From IMG/VR virus record IMGVR_UViG_3300006065_000002: DNA of 64,000 nucleotides; one strand, written 5' to 3'. Source of the stretch: a virus. A model generated the notes under the pieces. It searched no databases, was not told where the DNA came from, and worked only from the letters and a program-made list of their open reading frames with translations. A program made the translations under genes and the position numbers. Positions 50,242 to 60,119 of the stretch are shown here, in pieces (within the stretch, counting starts at the first letter, position 1; each line of letters begins with the position of its first letter).

Positions 50242-51468
50242 TTAAATATTTCTAACATAATGCTGTCCAGTTAGTGGATTTAATGAATCGTAATAAACAA
50301 AATCGAAATTGATTGTATCTAACATATCAAACAAATCACTTAACACTTTAGAATCATTATATGTTTTAAGTTCATTTAAAATATATTTTTTAAACATAAT
50401 GTCTTTAGTCCCAACATTGCCTTGTCCTTCAATATCTTTTGTGTCTTGAAAAAACTTAATGTATGATTTTTCAACATCATTTAAATTAAAAATATCATCA
50501 TCAATTTTAATAAATTTATATAAATGTGTTGATAAATATGAGACTATTCTATATGAACCATCTATTGTTAAACTTTCAGAATCATTAAAAATATTTTTTA
50601 ATGATTTAACACCAACAAAAGGCAAATCTCTATCAGAAATATTAAATTTTATTTTTTTACCATTAATTGGATATTCAAAATTATCTCTACCTTTATCAAT
50701 TTTTTTTATTTTATTATCTTTAAAGTTTTTTATTGTAATTACTCTAAATTTATCATCAAATAAAATTTTTAAACTCCTAACACTATGATTGTTTGCTATT
50801 TGATTAATGGTATTAGTTATCATTTCTTTTTCTGATTTAGTAAATGACATTTTTTTAATTGTTGTGTCACTTTTACTAGGAAAGTGCATTTCTTGAAAAA
50901 TTAAATCTTTATCATTTTCGTGTGACCTACGATACCATGTACTTGCAAAAAAATTATCTTTTGGTAAAATTTTATTTAAACTTTCTAATATATTTTTTTC
51001 TAATGATAAATATCTTTCATAGTCTGCGTTAGTGTAGATAAAATTTTTATTTTCTTTTATCAACACAATATTTTCGTTTAACTTTCTTTTTAATTTTGGT
51101 TCATCAATGTGTAATAACATTACAATATTTCTCAATGGATTGTCTGGATTTTTAAAAACTTCATCAATAAAAACTTCACCATTTATTATTTTATCGTAAA
51201 TCTTTTTACTTTCTTCATAAAAATCTATTCCATTAATAACTCTAATCCCTTTGGTATTATATTTCTTATAAAAATCAATAAATGATTTAATCTTATCAAG
51301 ATATAATTTTGTTTGATATTTAATCATATCTTCTTTTTGTTCAAAGAATTCTTTCGAGAATACAACTTTCAGATATTCTTTCATTAAATTATTTCCTATA
51401 GATTCTTTTAATATTTGTTCATTCAAATATTCGCGTATAGTAGTTGCTATAAATTTTCTCAGTTCCAT
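50242..51468 (-). CDS. Leader-tagged hypothetical protein (cassette)
   Basis: MELRKFIATTIREYLNE; 408 aa. Confidence 0.8.
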   Translation of the reverse strand: MELRKFIATTIREYLNEQILKESIGNNLMKEYLKVVFSKEFFEQKEDMIKYQTKLYLDKIKSFIDFYKKYNTKGIRVINGIDFYEESKKIYDKIINGEVFIDEVFKNPDNPLRNIVMLLHIDEPKLKRKLNENIVLIKENKNFIYTNADYERYLSLEKNILESLNKILPKDNFFASTWYRRSHENDKDLIFQEMHFPSKSDTTIKKMSFTKSEKEMITNTINQIANNHSVRSLKILFDDKFRVITIKNFKDNKIKKIDKGRDNFEYPINGKKIKFNISDRDLPFVGVKSLKNIFNDSESLTIDGSYRIVSYLSTHLYKFIKIDDDIFNLNDVEKSYIKFFQDTKDIEGQGNVGTKDIMFKKYILNELKTYNDSKVLSDLFDMLDTINFDFVYYDSLNPLTGQHYVRNI

Positions 51469-51492
51469 ATTATTAAATAGTTTTATTCTATA

Positions 51493-51500
51493 TATAAATA
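51493..51500 (-). promoter_or_regulatory. TATTTAT(A/T) putative phage late promoter (also at 2250, 8935, 10449, 13225, 31532, 47129, 52939, 54335)
   Basis: Fixed sense-strand octamer about 10-35 nt upstream of leader-bearing genes. Confidence 0.65.
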
Positions 51501-51532
51501 TTCAAATTTTAATTTCTCACCCACAAAACAGC

Positions 51533-51627
51533 ATATAACAAGGTGTATAAGAAAGTTTGCTATCAGCAGTTGTGGTAATTTGAAAATTTATCGTAAGCAA
51601 ACCTTCTCATACACCCAACCGTTATGT
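51533..51627 (-). repeat. attC-like site (major family)
   Basis: Same arms as the site at 47223. Confidence 0.85.
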
Positions 51628-51697
51628 GTAAGTGTTCCATTCATCGTTATAATCAACATTTCGGTTGAAAATTTTAAAATAAAAATTCCACCCACTT

Positions 51698-52180
51698 TTA
51701 ATATACTTGGTTATATGGTTTATTAAAACCATCAATAAGTCTTTTCAAAATATCCCTTCCAGAACCACCAGTTGGGTCATTTTTTAATAAAATTTTATAA
51801 TATCTTTTTAATGAATCTATATCGTTTTTTAAAAAAGCGATTGTTCCCATTTGATAATTTGGTTCAATTGAATCTCTAACATTGTTTTTGGACATATATT
51901 TAACTGCATTATCATAATCATTAATGAAAGCATATAATTGTCCAATATGCCATAATATTGCACCAATTTGATAATCTTCTAATTCTGATTTATTGGAATT
52001 AAGATAACTTAACATATATTTAATTGCTTCCTTTTCTTGACCACTATGTACTAATTTTCTCCACACACTTTTATTAATATCATCAAATTCATCATAACTA
52101 ATGTTATAATCATAGATAGATGAATTTTCATTCAGAAATTCTCTTATTGTGGTTTTAATAAACTGTTTCAAATCTTTCAT
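51698..52180 (-). CDS. Leader-tagged TPR-like helical protein (cassette)
   Basis: MKDLKQFIKTTIREFLNE; WHIGQLYAFINDYDNAVKY. Confidence 0.7.
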   Translation of the reverse strand: MKDLKQFIKTTIREFLNENSSIYDYNISYDEFDDINKSVWRKLVHSGQEKEAIKYMLSYLNSNKSELEDYQIGAILWHIGQLYAFINDYDNAVKYMSKNNVRDSIEPNYQMGTIAFLKNDIDSLKRYYKILLKNDPTGGSGRDILKRLIDGFNKPYNQVY

Positions 52181-52385
52181 TATTTTCCTTTATATGTAAA
52201 TACATTAAAATAATAAAAACCCACCCTTCTTTTTCTTTTAAAATTTTTGCTCGGTTCTCCGATTGAAGTTTATTGGTAGTAATCCACACCTACACATAAC
52301 AAGGTGTATAAGAAAGTTTGCTATCATCAATCGTCAGTAGTTCTGTGCATTATACGTTCTAATTAGCATTTTGTTTCAAAAACTT

Positions 52386-52922
52386 TTAAAAATTTTCCAC
52401 TCCTAAATTAATAATTTTAGCTGATTTTCCATTATAATATGGTTCTGGCACAATATATTCAATATCGTGTTTTCCATATACTTGGTTGGTAATTACAATC
52501 AAATCCAAACCTCGCCATTCTTCTGCTAAATTTTCAGCATCTTCTCGTTCCATATCACCATATTCTACCAAATCATCAATAATATATGATGTATCACCAC
52601 GCAATAAAGCATCAAATGCTTCTTGTATTGCTAAACTATCAAATCTACTTTTACTTAAATCAAAAATTGCTGGATTTTGTGAAATAATTTTTACTTTATA
52701 AACATAATCACCCCAAGATGTTTGTGGTATATTACTAAAAAACATACCATCTATTCTCGTTGATGAATTTGGTTTTAATTCTATCTTATCAAAATTAAAG
52801 TCATCAATTTTTGAATTAGTTGAGTGGTATGCTATAAATTCTTTATTGATATTAACTTGTTCATTCAAAAACTCTCTAATTGTGGTAGCAATAAATTTGC
52901 GTAGTTTCATATCTTTGTTCAT
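52386..52922 (-). CDS. Leader-tagged ART-like protein (cassette)
   Basis: KLRKFIATTIREFLNE; AYHST, GMFFS, WGDYVYKV. Confidence 0.6.
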   Translation of the reverse strand: MNKDMKLRKFIATTIREFLNEQVNINKEFIAYHSTNSKIDDFNFDKIELKPNSSTRIDGMFFSNIPQTSWGDYVYKVKIISQNPAIFDLSKSRFDSLAIQEAFDALLRGDTSYIIDDLVEYGDMEREDAENLAEEWRGLDLIVITNQVYGKHDIEYIVPEPYYNGKSAKIINLGVENF

Positions 52923-53031
52923 AGTTTTTTAGTTTATATATAAATATTCAATTTTAAAATTCCCACAGCACATTTTTAAAAGTTTTTGTTCAATGTTTCA
53001 ATCAAGTACTTATTGTAATTCACCGTACTGG

Positions 53032-53125
53032 TTATAACAAGGTGTATAAGAAAGTTTGCTATAAAGTTCAGTTGTAATTTGAAAGTTCATCTAAGCAAAC
53101 CTTCTCATACACCCAACCGTTAGCA
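53032..53125 (-). repeat. attC-like site (major family)
   Basis: Same arms as the site at 47223. Confidence 0.85.
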
Positions 53126-53601
53126 ACACTTAACTTGTCAAGTACCGTTTGAAATTGTTTATCTGTCATTTTCGTTTAATTTACCGTACAAATATAAGTA
53201 TTATTTTTGTATTCTCCAAATGTTTTTACAAATATTATTTACTAACTTTCAACATTCTGCAAGTGTCACTTCTCATATACGCAAACCGTTATGTGTAAGT
53301 GTTCCATTCATCGTTCTAATCAACATTTCGGTTGAAAATTTTAAAAGAAAAATCCAACGCACTTATTTTTTTTAATCTACTATACACTTCTGGTCTTTTT
53401 GACAAATATAATCTAACACTTTCAATACTATCCAAAGTTTCTGAATTAACTCTCACTTTATTTGAAGTGTCATATAATTCTAAAAATTTTTGATACACTT
53501 CATCTGGTGTATTTAGTTTTTCTAATTTTAAATACTTGTTAATTTCTTTACCATTTAATTTAATATCATCAAAAAAAACACGTTCAATGATTAAGAAATT
53601 A

Positions 53602-54309
53602 TTAAGTTTGCCAACGACAATCAGGACATTTCCAGTAAGGTTCAAACTCATCCCTACCCATTAAGCAATCAGGGCAAACCGATAATCTTTTTGTTTTATT
53701 TTTTCCAACGCTTTTTAAAAATGTTGATAATTTCACATCAGTTTCAATTAAATTCATATTTTCATCATAAACATCCCAAATCCATTCTTTCATATTTTTG
53801 GTATCAATTTTCACATTTACAATACAAACCACATCAATACCTTTTGTTACATCAAAAACTACTTGAAATTGTTTATCAGCAGTATTGTAAACTTTACAAG
53901 AATCATTAGATTTAAAAACAATACCCCAACCACCATATAAAAAATCTTTTTGGTATCTACTATCAATCTTTTTGTTGGTTAAATCGAATGCAAAACCAAA
54001 ATTACCATCAACAATTTCTTCCTTACTTTTTCTTGTTTTAGTAAATGAAGAATAATATGCACCAACCCCACGAAAACCATTTTGTAAAATAGATATTATA
54101 TTTTCTTTGGTTGTTGAATGAAATAACAACGTGTTTGTTGGTAATTTTATTGCTGAATTTGCTTTGTATGAAAATCCTCTCTGTGGAGTTTTTTCCAAAT
54201 TATTTACAACATTAACAAATTCATCAATTGTGTTTATTCTCGTAATATCTTTTTTTGAAACACTTTCTTTTAACATTTTTTCTTTTAAGGTGTCGATATA
54301 TTTTCTCAT
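53602..54309 (-). CDS. ART-like protein (cassette), chimeric C-terminus
   Basis: LLFHSTT...ILQNGF; overlaps a headless ORF at 53316-53651. Confidence 0.5.
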   Translation of the reverse strand: MRKYIDTLKEKMLKESVSKKDITRINTIDEFVNVVNNLEKTPQRGFSYKANSAIKLPTNTLLFHSTTKENIISILQNGFRGVGAYYSSFTKTRKSKEEIVDGNFGFAFDLTNKKIDSRYQKDFLYGGWGIVFKSNDSCKVYNTADKQFQVVFDVTKGIDVVCIVNVKIDTKNMKEWIWDVYDENMNLIETDVKLSTFLKSVGKNKTKRLSVCPDCLMGRDEFEPYWKCPDCRWQT

Positions 54310-54428
54310 TTATTGACTTATAAAATTTTTTATATATAAATATTCAAATTTTAATTTCCTTCTCACAAAAAATAAAACAAAAAGGTTTCGTTCTTCGTAT
54401 CAAAGTTTGTATGTTAAATCCGCACAGC

Positions 54429-54521
54429 ATATAACAAGGTGTATAAGAAAGTTTGCTATAAAGGTTAGTAGTAATTTTAAAGTTTATCTAAGCAAACCTT
54501 CTCATACACCAACCGTTATAG
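54429..54521 (-). repeat. attC-like site (major family)
   Basis: Same arms as the site at 47223. Confidence 0.85.
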
Positions 54522-54528
54522 CCAATAG

Positions 54529-54891
54529 CTACCATTCACGGTCAACACCGACTTGTATAAAGTCAACACTTTCCGAATAATAACCATTACTTTCACCATA
54601 CCAACGAATATCCACATAACCTTTTATAGTTGCTAATTTGTAAAATGTCCACGTACATGAACCCCAATCATTTGTTGGTTCGTAGTTTGAAACTTCTTCG
54701 GCTTTCAATATTGGTGTTCCAATCAAGTCGTTTAAATCTCCGTTAATGTCTTCAATTGAAACACTTTCACAGCATTCTTGTCTGTGATACATTTTAAATT
54801 GAGTTCCATCATCAACGATAAAAATTAATTCATCGCCATTGTTTTTGATTTCGGTAAGTGTTTTACCTACTAAGTCTTTAAATTCTGCCAT
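54529..54891 (-). CDS. Cassette conserved phage protein
   Basis: [12 protein letters not shown]...HRQECCESV...TWTFYKL...GESNGYYSE. Confidence 0.75.
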   Translation of the reverse strand: MAEFKDLVGKTLTEIKNNGDELIFIVDDGTQFKMYHRQECCESVSIEDINGDLNDLIGTPILKAEEVSNYEPTNDWGSCTWTFYKLATIKGYVDIRWYGESNGYYSESVDFIQVGVDREW

Positions 54892-54934
54892 TTTATATAT
54901 TTTAAAGTTTAATTTTTTAACGTTTTTTACATAC

Positions 54935-55028
54935 ACATAACAAGGTGTATAAGAAAGTTTTTTACAAAGGTAAGTATAAATTTCGAGATTTCCAAATAAA
55001 AAACTACATATACACCCAACCGTTAGCA
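54935..55028 (-). repeat. attC-like site
   Basis: GGTGTATA..AGTTTTT / AAAAACT..TATACACC. Confidence 0.75.
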
Positions 55029-55250
55029 GCAAGTTTCAACCTTGCAATTACTTAACCATATCGCACGTATTTTAGCAATTAACCAGCATCTGTATTTAGT
55101 TGCATATCCAGTTGAACTTGAAAAGTTTGGATATTTATGACCTTTATACGTGCGAGTATACCATTGTTCCTCGTTCAAATCTTTGACAACAAACCTGCTG
55201 CTAACAAAGTATAAGCGTAATGCTTTCAGTTTTTCAATTAAAGTTTTCAT
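55023..55250 (-). CDS. Cassette protein starting inside the upstream attC-like loop
   Basis: [19 protein letters not shown] crosses the GTT at 55203-55205; TAA lies in the TAAC box. Confidence 0.6.
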   Translation of the reverse strand: MKTLIEKLKALRLYFVSSRFVVKDLNEEQWYTRTYKGHKYPNFSSSTGYATKYRCWLIAKIRAIWLSNCKVETCC

Positions 55251-55319
55251 ATATTTTTAAATTTTAGTGTTTCAAATTAATTTAAGTGTAAACACTACAC
55301 TTATACTTAACCGTTATGT
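55199..55319 (-). repeat. attC-like site
   Basis: AGTATAAGCGTAATG / CACTACACTTATACT. Confidence 0.75.
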
Positions 55320-55399
55320 GTAAGTGTTCCGTTCATCCTTCTAATCAACATTTCAGTTGAAAATTTTAAAAGAAAAATCCTACGCACAAATATAGTAAA

Positions 55400-55813
55400 T
55401 TAATTTGAATAATCAAAATCATATTTTACTATAATATTTTTTGGTATTGTATCTAAATACGCAACAGAACCCCATATATCTAAACTTTCAATCACCTTTT
55501 CTTTATCGGTAGTCGCTTTATTCCAACCATACTTATTTAAAATATAATCATCATCCCAAGTTAATTTATTCAAATCTAATTTTGTAACATCAATCCACAA
55601 TCTAACCAAAGGTTTATATCCATAACTTTCTTCATCTTCATAGTATTCATCCATAATATCCATTAAAGATTGTGGTAAATTCGCTTTGTAAAGTGATTGT
55701 GATGTTGTTGATTCAAAAACATCCATTGACCAATGTTTTTTTCCCTTTTCAATAAATAATTTTTCTTCATCAGATAAAGTATTTAAAATTTCATTTATAT
55801 CAAAAGTTTTCAT
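55400..55813 (-). CDS. Cassette hypothetical protein
   Basis: 137 aa; shares its trailer with the cassettes at 51621 and 53288. Confidence 0.7.
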   Translation of the reverse strand: MKTFDINEILNTLSDEEKLFIEKGKKHWSMDVFESTTSQSLYKANLPQSLMDIMDEYYEDEESYGYKPLVRLWIDVTKLDLNKLTWDDDYILNKYGWNKATTDKEKVIESLDIWGSVAYLDTIPKNIIVKYDFDYSN

Positions 55814-55912
55814 AAATAAAATATATATTAATATTAAATATTTTATAGTATAACTTACTGTTTTCCTTTTTATTAATCTTTAGTTAATATTATAACGTGT
55901 TGTGTGTAATAG

Positions 55913-56128
55913 CTACGCCTTTGCTATTTTGCAACTCCACCGCCAAAATTTTTGAAGGTTATCAAACCAAATGTCAATTTCATCAGCTATCCATCCTTCG
56001 CCACTTAATAGTTTCTGTATATCAGCTTCTTTAGGTTCTAATCCTTCGCCACTTCCAATACTTGTACCTTCTGCCCACATTTGGTGTGCTTGGTCAAAAA
56101 TTTCTGTATGTTCTCTATCTACTGTCAT
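55913..56128 (-). CDS. Cassette hypothetical protein
   Basis: Matched termini at 55899 and 56161. Confidence 0.6.
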   Translation of the reverse strand: MTVDREHTEIFDQAHQMWAEGTSIGSGEGLEPKEADIQKLLSGEGWIADEIDIWFDNLQKFWRWSCKIAKA

Positions 56129-56154
56129 TTTTCTTCTATTTAAACCGCTACTAC

Positions 56155-56285
56155 ACACAACAATGCGTATAAGTAATAGCGGGGTTTGTGTTAATATTTA
56201 AGTTCATTTCTTTTTTTTAATCTTTGTGGTTAAACGAAAAGTAGTCGCTTTTTATCTGCTACTACTCATACGCTCAACGTTAGAA
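56155..56285 (-). repeat. attC-like site
   Basis: GCGTATAAGTAATAGC / GCTACTACTCATACGC. Confidence 0.8.
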
Positions 56286-56292
56286 GTAATAA

Positions 56293-56664
56293 TTACAGAT
56301 TATCCATAAAGTTCTTCTGTATTTTTTTAAAATATACTTTAATTTGATCAACATATCTGTTAGTCATAAAATAAGATTTTTCACCTGTTATTATTTTCCA
56401 TCTACCCTCTAATTCAATAGTTTCTGTAACATTTCCCATCGGGTCAACTTTTTCCAATCTTATTTTATTAGAATTACTACTTATAACATCAGATTCATTT
56501 TGTTTTTCATCGGAAATAATAATATTGTAATCATCTATAAGTTCTTGTAATGCTTCAGGTGTAAATATTAAATCAATGTTGTTATCACATTTAATCATAA
56601 TATTTTTTCCTAACCTTGATGTTTTAACATCATCTTTTTCTACGTTAATTAAAATTCGTGACAT
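56293..56664 (-). CDS. Hypothetical protein (last cassette)
   Basis: 123 aa; degenerate half-site at 56678-56710. Confidence 0.65.
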   Translation of the reverse strand: MSRILINVEKDDVKTSRLGKNIMIKCDNNIDLIFTPEALQELIDDYNIIISDEKQNESDVISSNSNKIRLEKVDPMGNVTETIELEGRWKIITGEKSYFMTNRYVDQIKVYFKKIQKNFMDNL

Positions 56665-58617
56665 AATTTTTTACAGTTTATAACAAGGTATATGTAAAAT
56701 ACCTCATAAAGTTTCCATTAATTTTTTAAATTTTGTTTAGAGTATTTTTCCTCGCGTCTTCGTTCAATTGCTTTTTTTATCATTGTTCTTGCCCAATCAG
56801 TTGAAGGGACACTTTCGTCTTCGTGAGCTTCCCCCCACACAACATCTACCAAGTGAAACAGTAATCGTCTGTCAATTCCTTTCATATTGCCGTCCGTTTC
56901 TAGTTTCCTTTTGCATATTTTCACCACATATTTCACATACATTTCTGAATGTCATTACCATACCGTCTGATGTTCTTACTTTATGGTCACAAACCGAACC
57001 TCTAACTTTGTGTAAATGCAATGCTTGTTCGGTTATTTTTTCGTTTATTTTTTCCTTTTTCATGGTTTCCTTTTTATTTTATACTATAAACAATTATTAT
57101 CGAAAGAAATATAAATAAAATCTAAAAATAGAATATTTTTTTTTTAAAATCTTCTGATGTGAAAAATGTAATATAATTTGTACCCAATATTATTAAAATT
57201 AAAAACAGTAATAATATGTAAACAATTATTTTATTAAATAATGAAAATTCATTCATGTTATTTATCAATTAAATTTATAGTTTCATGTTTTTTATATGAT
57301 TTTAATTTCCATGTATATATTCCATTTTCTTTTATTTTTTCAAAAACCAAATAATAATAGTTAATAGTAATATGTGTTTTCTGAAATAGTAGGTAGAGTT
57401 TTTTTAAACAAAAAAGTTTCTCTATTTTTTTTTGTTGTAAATTTATCATTTACATAAACTGATACAAAATTTTTATCACATGTATTTGGGTCAGGTAAAG
57501 ATTTTCTTGCTTCAGAAACCACTTCGTCTATTAATTTTAAAAAACTCATATTAATATTATTATTTTATTTCATCCAAAATGAATTCACATAGTTCTTTTA
57601 ATTGTTCTGTATTTGTATCAAGTGATTTTTCATTAATATCATTATCCAAGTATCAGATGGTTCTTTATCTGCCATCATAACTTCATGGTCTTTTAGTTCT
57701 AGTGTTCTAATAGTACCTTTTGGTGTATCAATAAATGATGCTGTAATTGAATATTGAAAACCACTTGATTTTCTCATCGTAATTGTTTTTACTCTCATAA
57801 CTTAATTCCATTTAAACGGGTTTTCCAAGTTTTTAAAAAAACCATAAAATCCATACATTAACAAAAGTATTGGAATTAAAATAATTAAAATTATATAAGA
57901 AAGTGGATTAAAGGGGTTTAATCTATAGGCAGTGAAATAACCTTTACCTAATCGTTTTAAACCTTTTTTATTTCTTTCTTCATTAGAAACAAATTCAATT
58001 ACTTTAATTCTTTTTAATAATTCAAACATATTTTTTTTTTCAAATATACAACTAAATTTTGAAACTACCAAATAAATTAAATTTGAGAAACACACCATAT
58101 TCTTCCATCTTTACATCTAACTATCATATCGTTATGTTGATGTTCAACACCTTCCTCAAAAGCCAAATGTTTAATAATTGCTCTTTTGCTAACACCAATA
58201 TATATTTTATCTGTTCCTTCTATTGGGTCACCATTCGATTCGGCTTTCCAAACATTGTATTTGTGTTGTGTTTTCATATCATAAATTATATATGTATAAA
58301 CAAAACACAATTAACCCAAGATTTACAATAAAACTATATGGTTCATTAAAAAACCATGCAATAATAGTAAATAAAAATGAGTATGCGGAGTGTAAGATAA
58401 AAAGTAAACCTATTATCCAACCGTCATCAGTTGTTAGATATCCTAGAAACCATAATGGATATAAAAAAAATAAAATAGTATAATATTAACATAGTTTTTT
58501 ATTTTTTAAAATAAACCATAACCAAATTGTACATTTAATTCAACATTCCACCACCCATTAATTGCAGGTATTGATTCTAATTCTGATTTTTTAAACGAAG
58601 CTTCTTCTAAAACTAAA

Positions 58618-58962
58618 TCAGGTAATTTTATAAACTCTATTTAATAAATTAACGAAATTTTCTGGTTTTGGTTTTTTTTCATATTCAATATAATTGATGT
58701 TAAATTTATCAAAAATTTCTTTACTTAGATTTGATAGTTCATATTCTTCATATTCAGTTGCAATTCGTCTATCTGATCCATAACCTATATTTAAACCTGT
58801 ATAATCTTGATTATGATTAAAAGATAATCCTGTTAATTTACAAGAGTCTTTATACGCTTGTCTTATTTCCGTAACAGTTTTATTTGATTCAAATACAAAT
58901 TCTTCGTATTGATTGTGACCATCTTGTGACCAATCACCAATTGTTAATTTTACTTTATTCAT
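58618..58962 (-). CDS. Hypothetical phage protein
   Basis: GDWSQDGHNQ motif. Confidence 0.65.
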   Translation of the reverse strand: MNKVKLTIGDWSQDGHNQYEEFVFESNKTVTEIRQAYKDSCKLTGLSFNHNQDYTGLNIGYGSDRRIATEYEEYELSNLSKEIFDKFNINYIEYEKKPKPENFVNLLNRVYKIT

Positions 58963-59504
58963 TTTTTTAAATTTTAATTTTTAAACAAATATGTTCCTAT
59001 ACACTTATTATTTTCAATTTTTTCTAATAAAAAGTGAGTGGGTGTTTTAGGTTGTTTGATAGATTGTATAAATTCTTCTTCACTAAGATATGGTTGAACA
59101 CCTGTTTTAGAACGCCTACCCCTACCTTCACCAGTTTGATAAGCTTTTCTCAAATCATCTTCACTAAATAATTTAGATATAGATTTGTAATGTTTTTCAA
59201 TAAATTTTCTTTAATACACTCAGTAACATAATAATCATTATATTTTCTATTACCTGCATCATCAAATTCAATATATTTATTAGTTTTATTAAGATAATTG
59301 ATTATTTTTTTCTCAACATCATCCTCAACATCTATTTGAGGTAACAAGGGAAGGTCTATATCATATGTATTGTTTTTAGGGTAATAAGCAATAATTTTCT
59401 TATTGTGTTTTTGAAAATATATAAAAAGGCAATTTCATTAAAAGAAAAGATAAATACCCTAACAAACCACAATCCTTTTGAGCTGTCACAATTCTTGAAC
59501 CAAC

Positions 59505-59550
59505 TAATACTTTTAGCCAATAGACGTTTGGCTTTACTTTTCTTACCCTT
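59505..59550 (-). mobile_element. Second tnpB relic fragment
   Basis: ttttagccaatagacgtttggctttacttttcttacc is shared with 45618-45654 (KSKAKRLLAKS). Confidence 0.6.
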
Positions 59551-59699
59551 CTAAAAAACTTTTAAAGTTTTCATCGTCCTGTGGTATCCACTCATCACCC
59601 ATAGATGTCATAACGGCATGAACTAACATAGATAACACTTCTATATTAGTAAATTATTTTTCGTTTTTCTTTTTCATTTTTAAAATATTTTTTTTACAA

Positions 59700-60119
59700 T
59701 TACTTACTATACCATTTAGAAAAAACATCACCGTTTTTAAAACTTTCAATTATGGTTCTGTTTTCAAGGGTATATTTAAAATCAAGTTTATTTAATTTTA
59801 TATACCAATTTACAAAATCAATTACTTCATCATCAGTCCAAATGTGTTCTTCATCATAATTAGTAGTTAAAAAGTACAACATAGACTCGGCTCTAGAAAA
59901 TTGTGAAATATATTCTAATTGAAACCACTCTGGCGATTTTTGTGAAAATTCAATCCATTTATTTTTTAAATTTTCTAATAATAATTTTCCTTCCACATAA
60001 TCATTATTATCTATTTTACTAAATAACAATGATAAATCTGAGTTTATTTCTTTTTCTTTTCTTACCCAATAAAGGGTTTTAACCCTTATATTAAAAGGTA
60101 TTATTTTACTTATATTCAT
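59700..60119 (-). CDS. Hypothetical protein
   Basis: 139 aa ORF. Confidence 0.65.
   Translation of the reverse strand: MNISKIIPFNIRVKTLYWVRKEKEINSDLSLLFSKIDNNDYVEGKLLLENLKNKWIEFSQKSPEWFQLEYISQFSRAESMLYFLTTNYDEEHIWTDDEVIDFVNWYIKLNKLDFKYTLENRTIIESFKNGDVFSKWYSK

Larger units (their letters stand above)
45778..56710 (-). mobile_element. Integron-like gene cassette array (attC-like cluster, no integrase in window)
   Basis: 13 complete AAC-arm...arm-GTT hairpins plus about 7 remnants separate single co-oriented ORFs; cassette ends are mutually complementary. Confidence 0.8.

Noticed and set aside
45778-56710. CRISPR array interpretation of the recurring repeats
   Set aside because: Units are 70-130 nt divergent hairpins separated by whole genes, not short identical repeats with uniform spacers; no cas genes are present.
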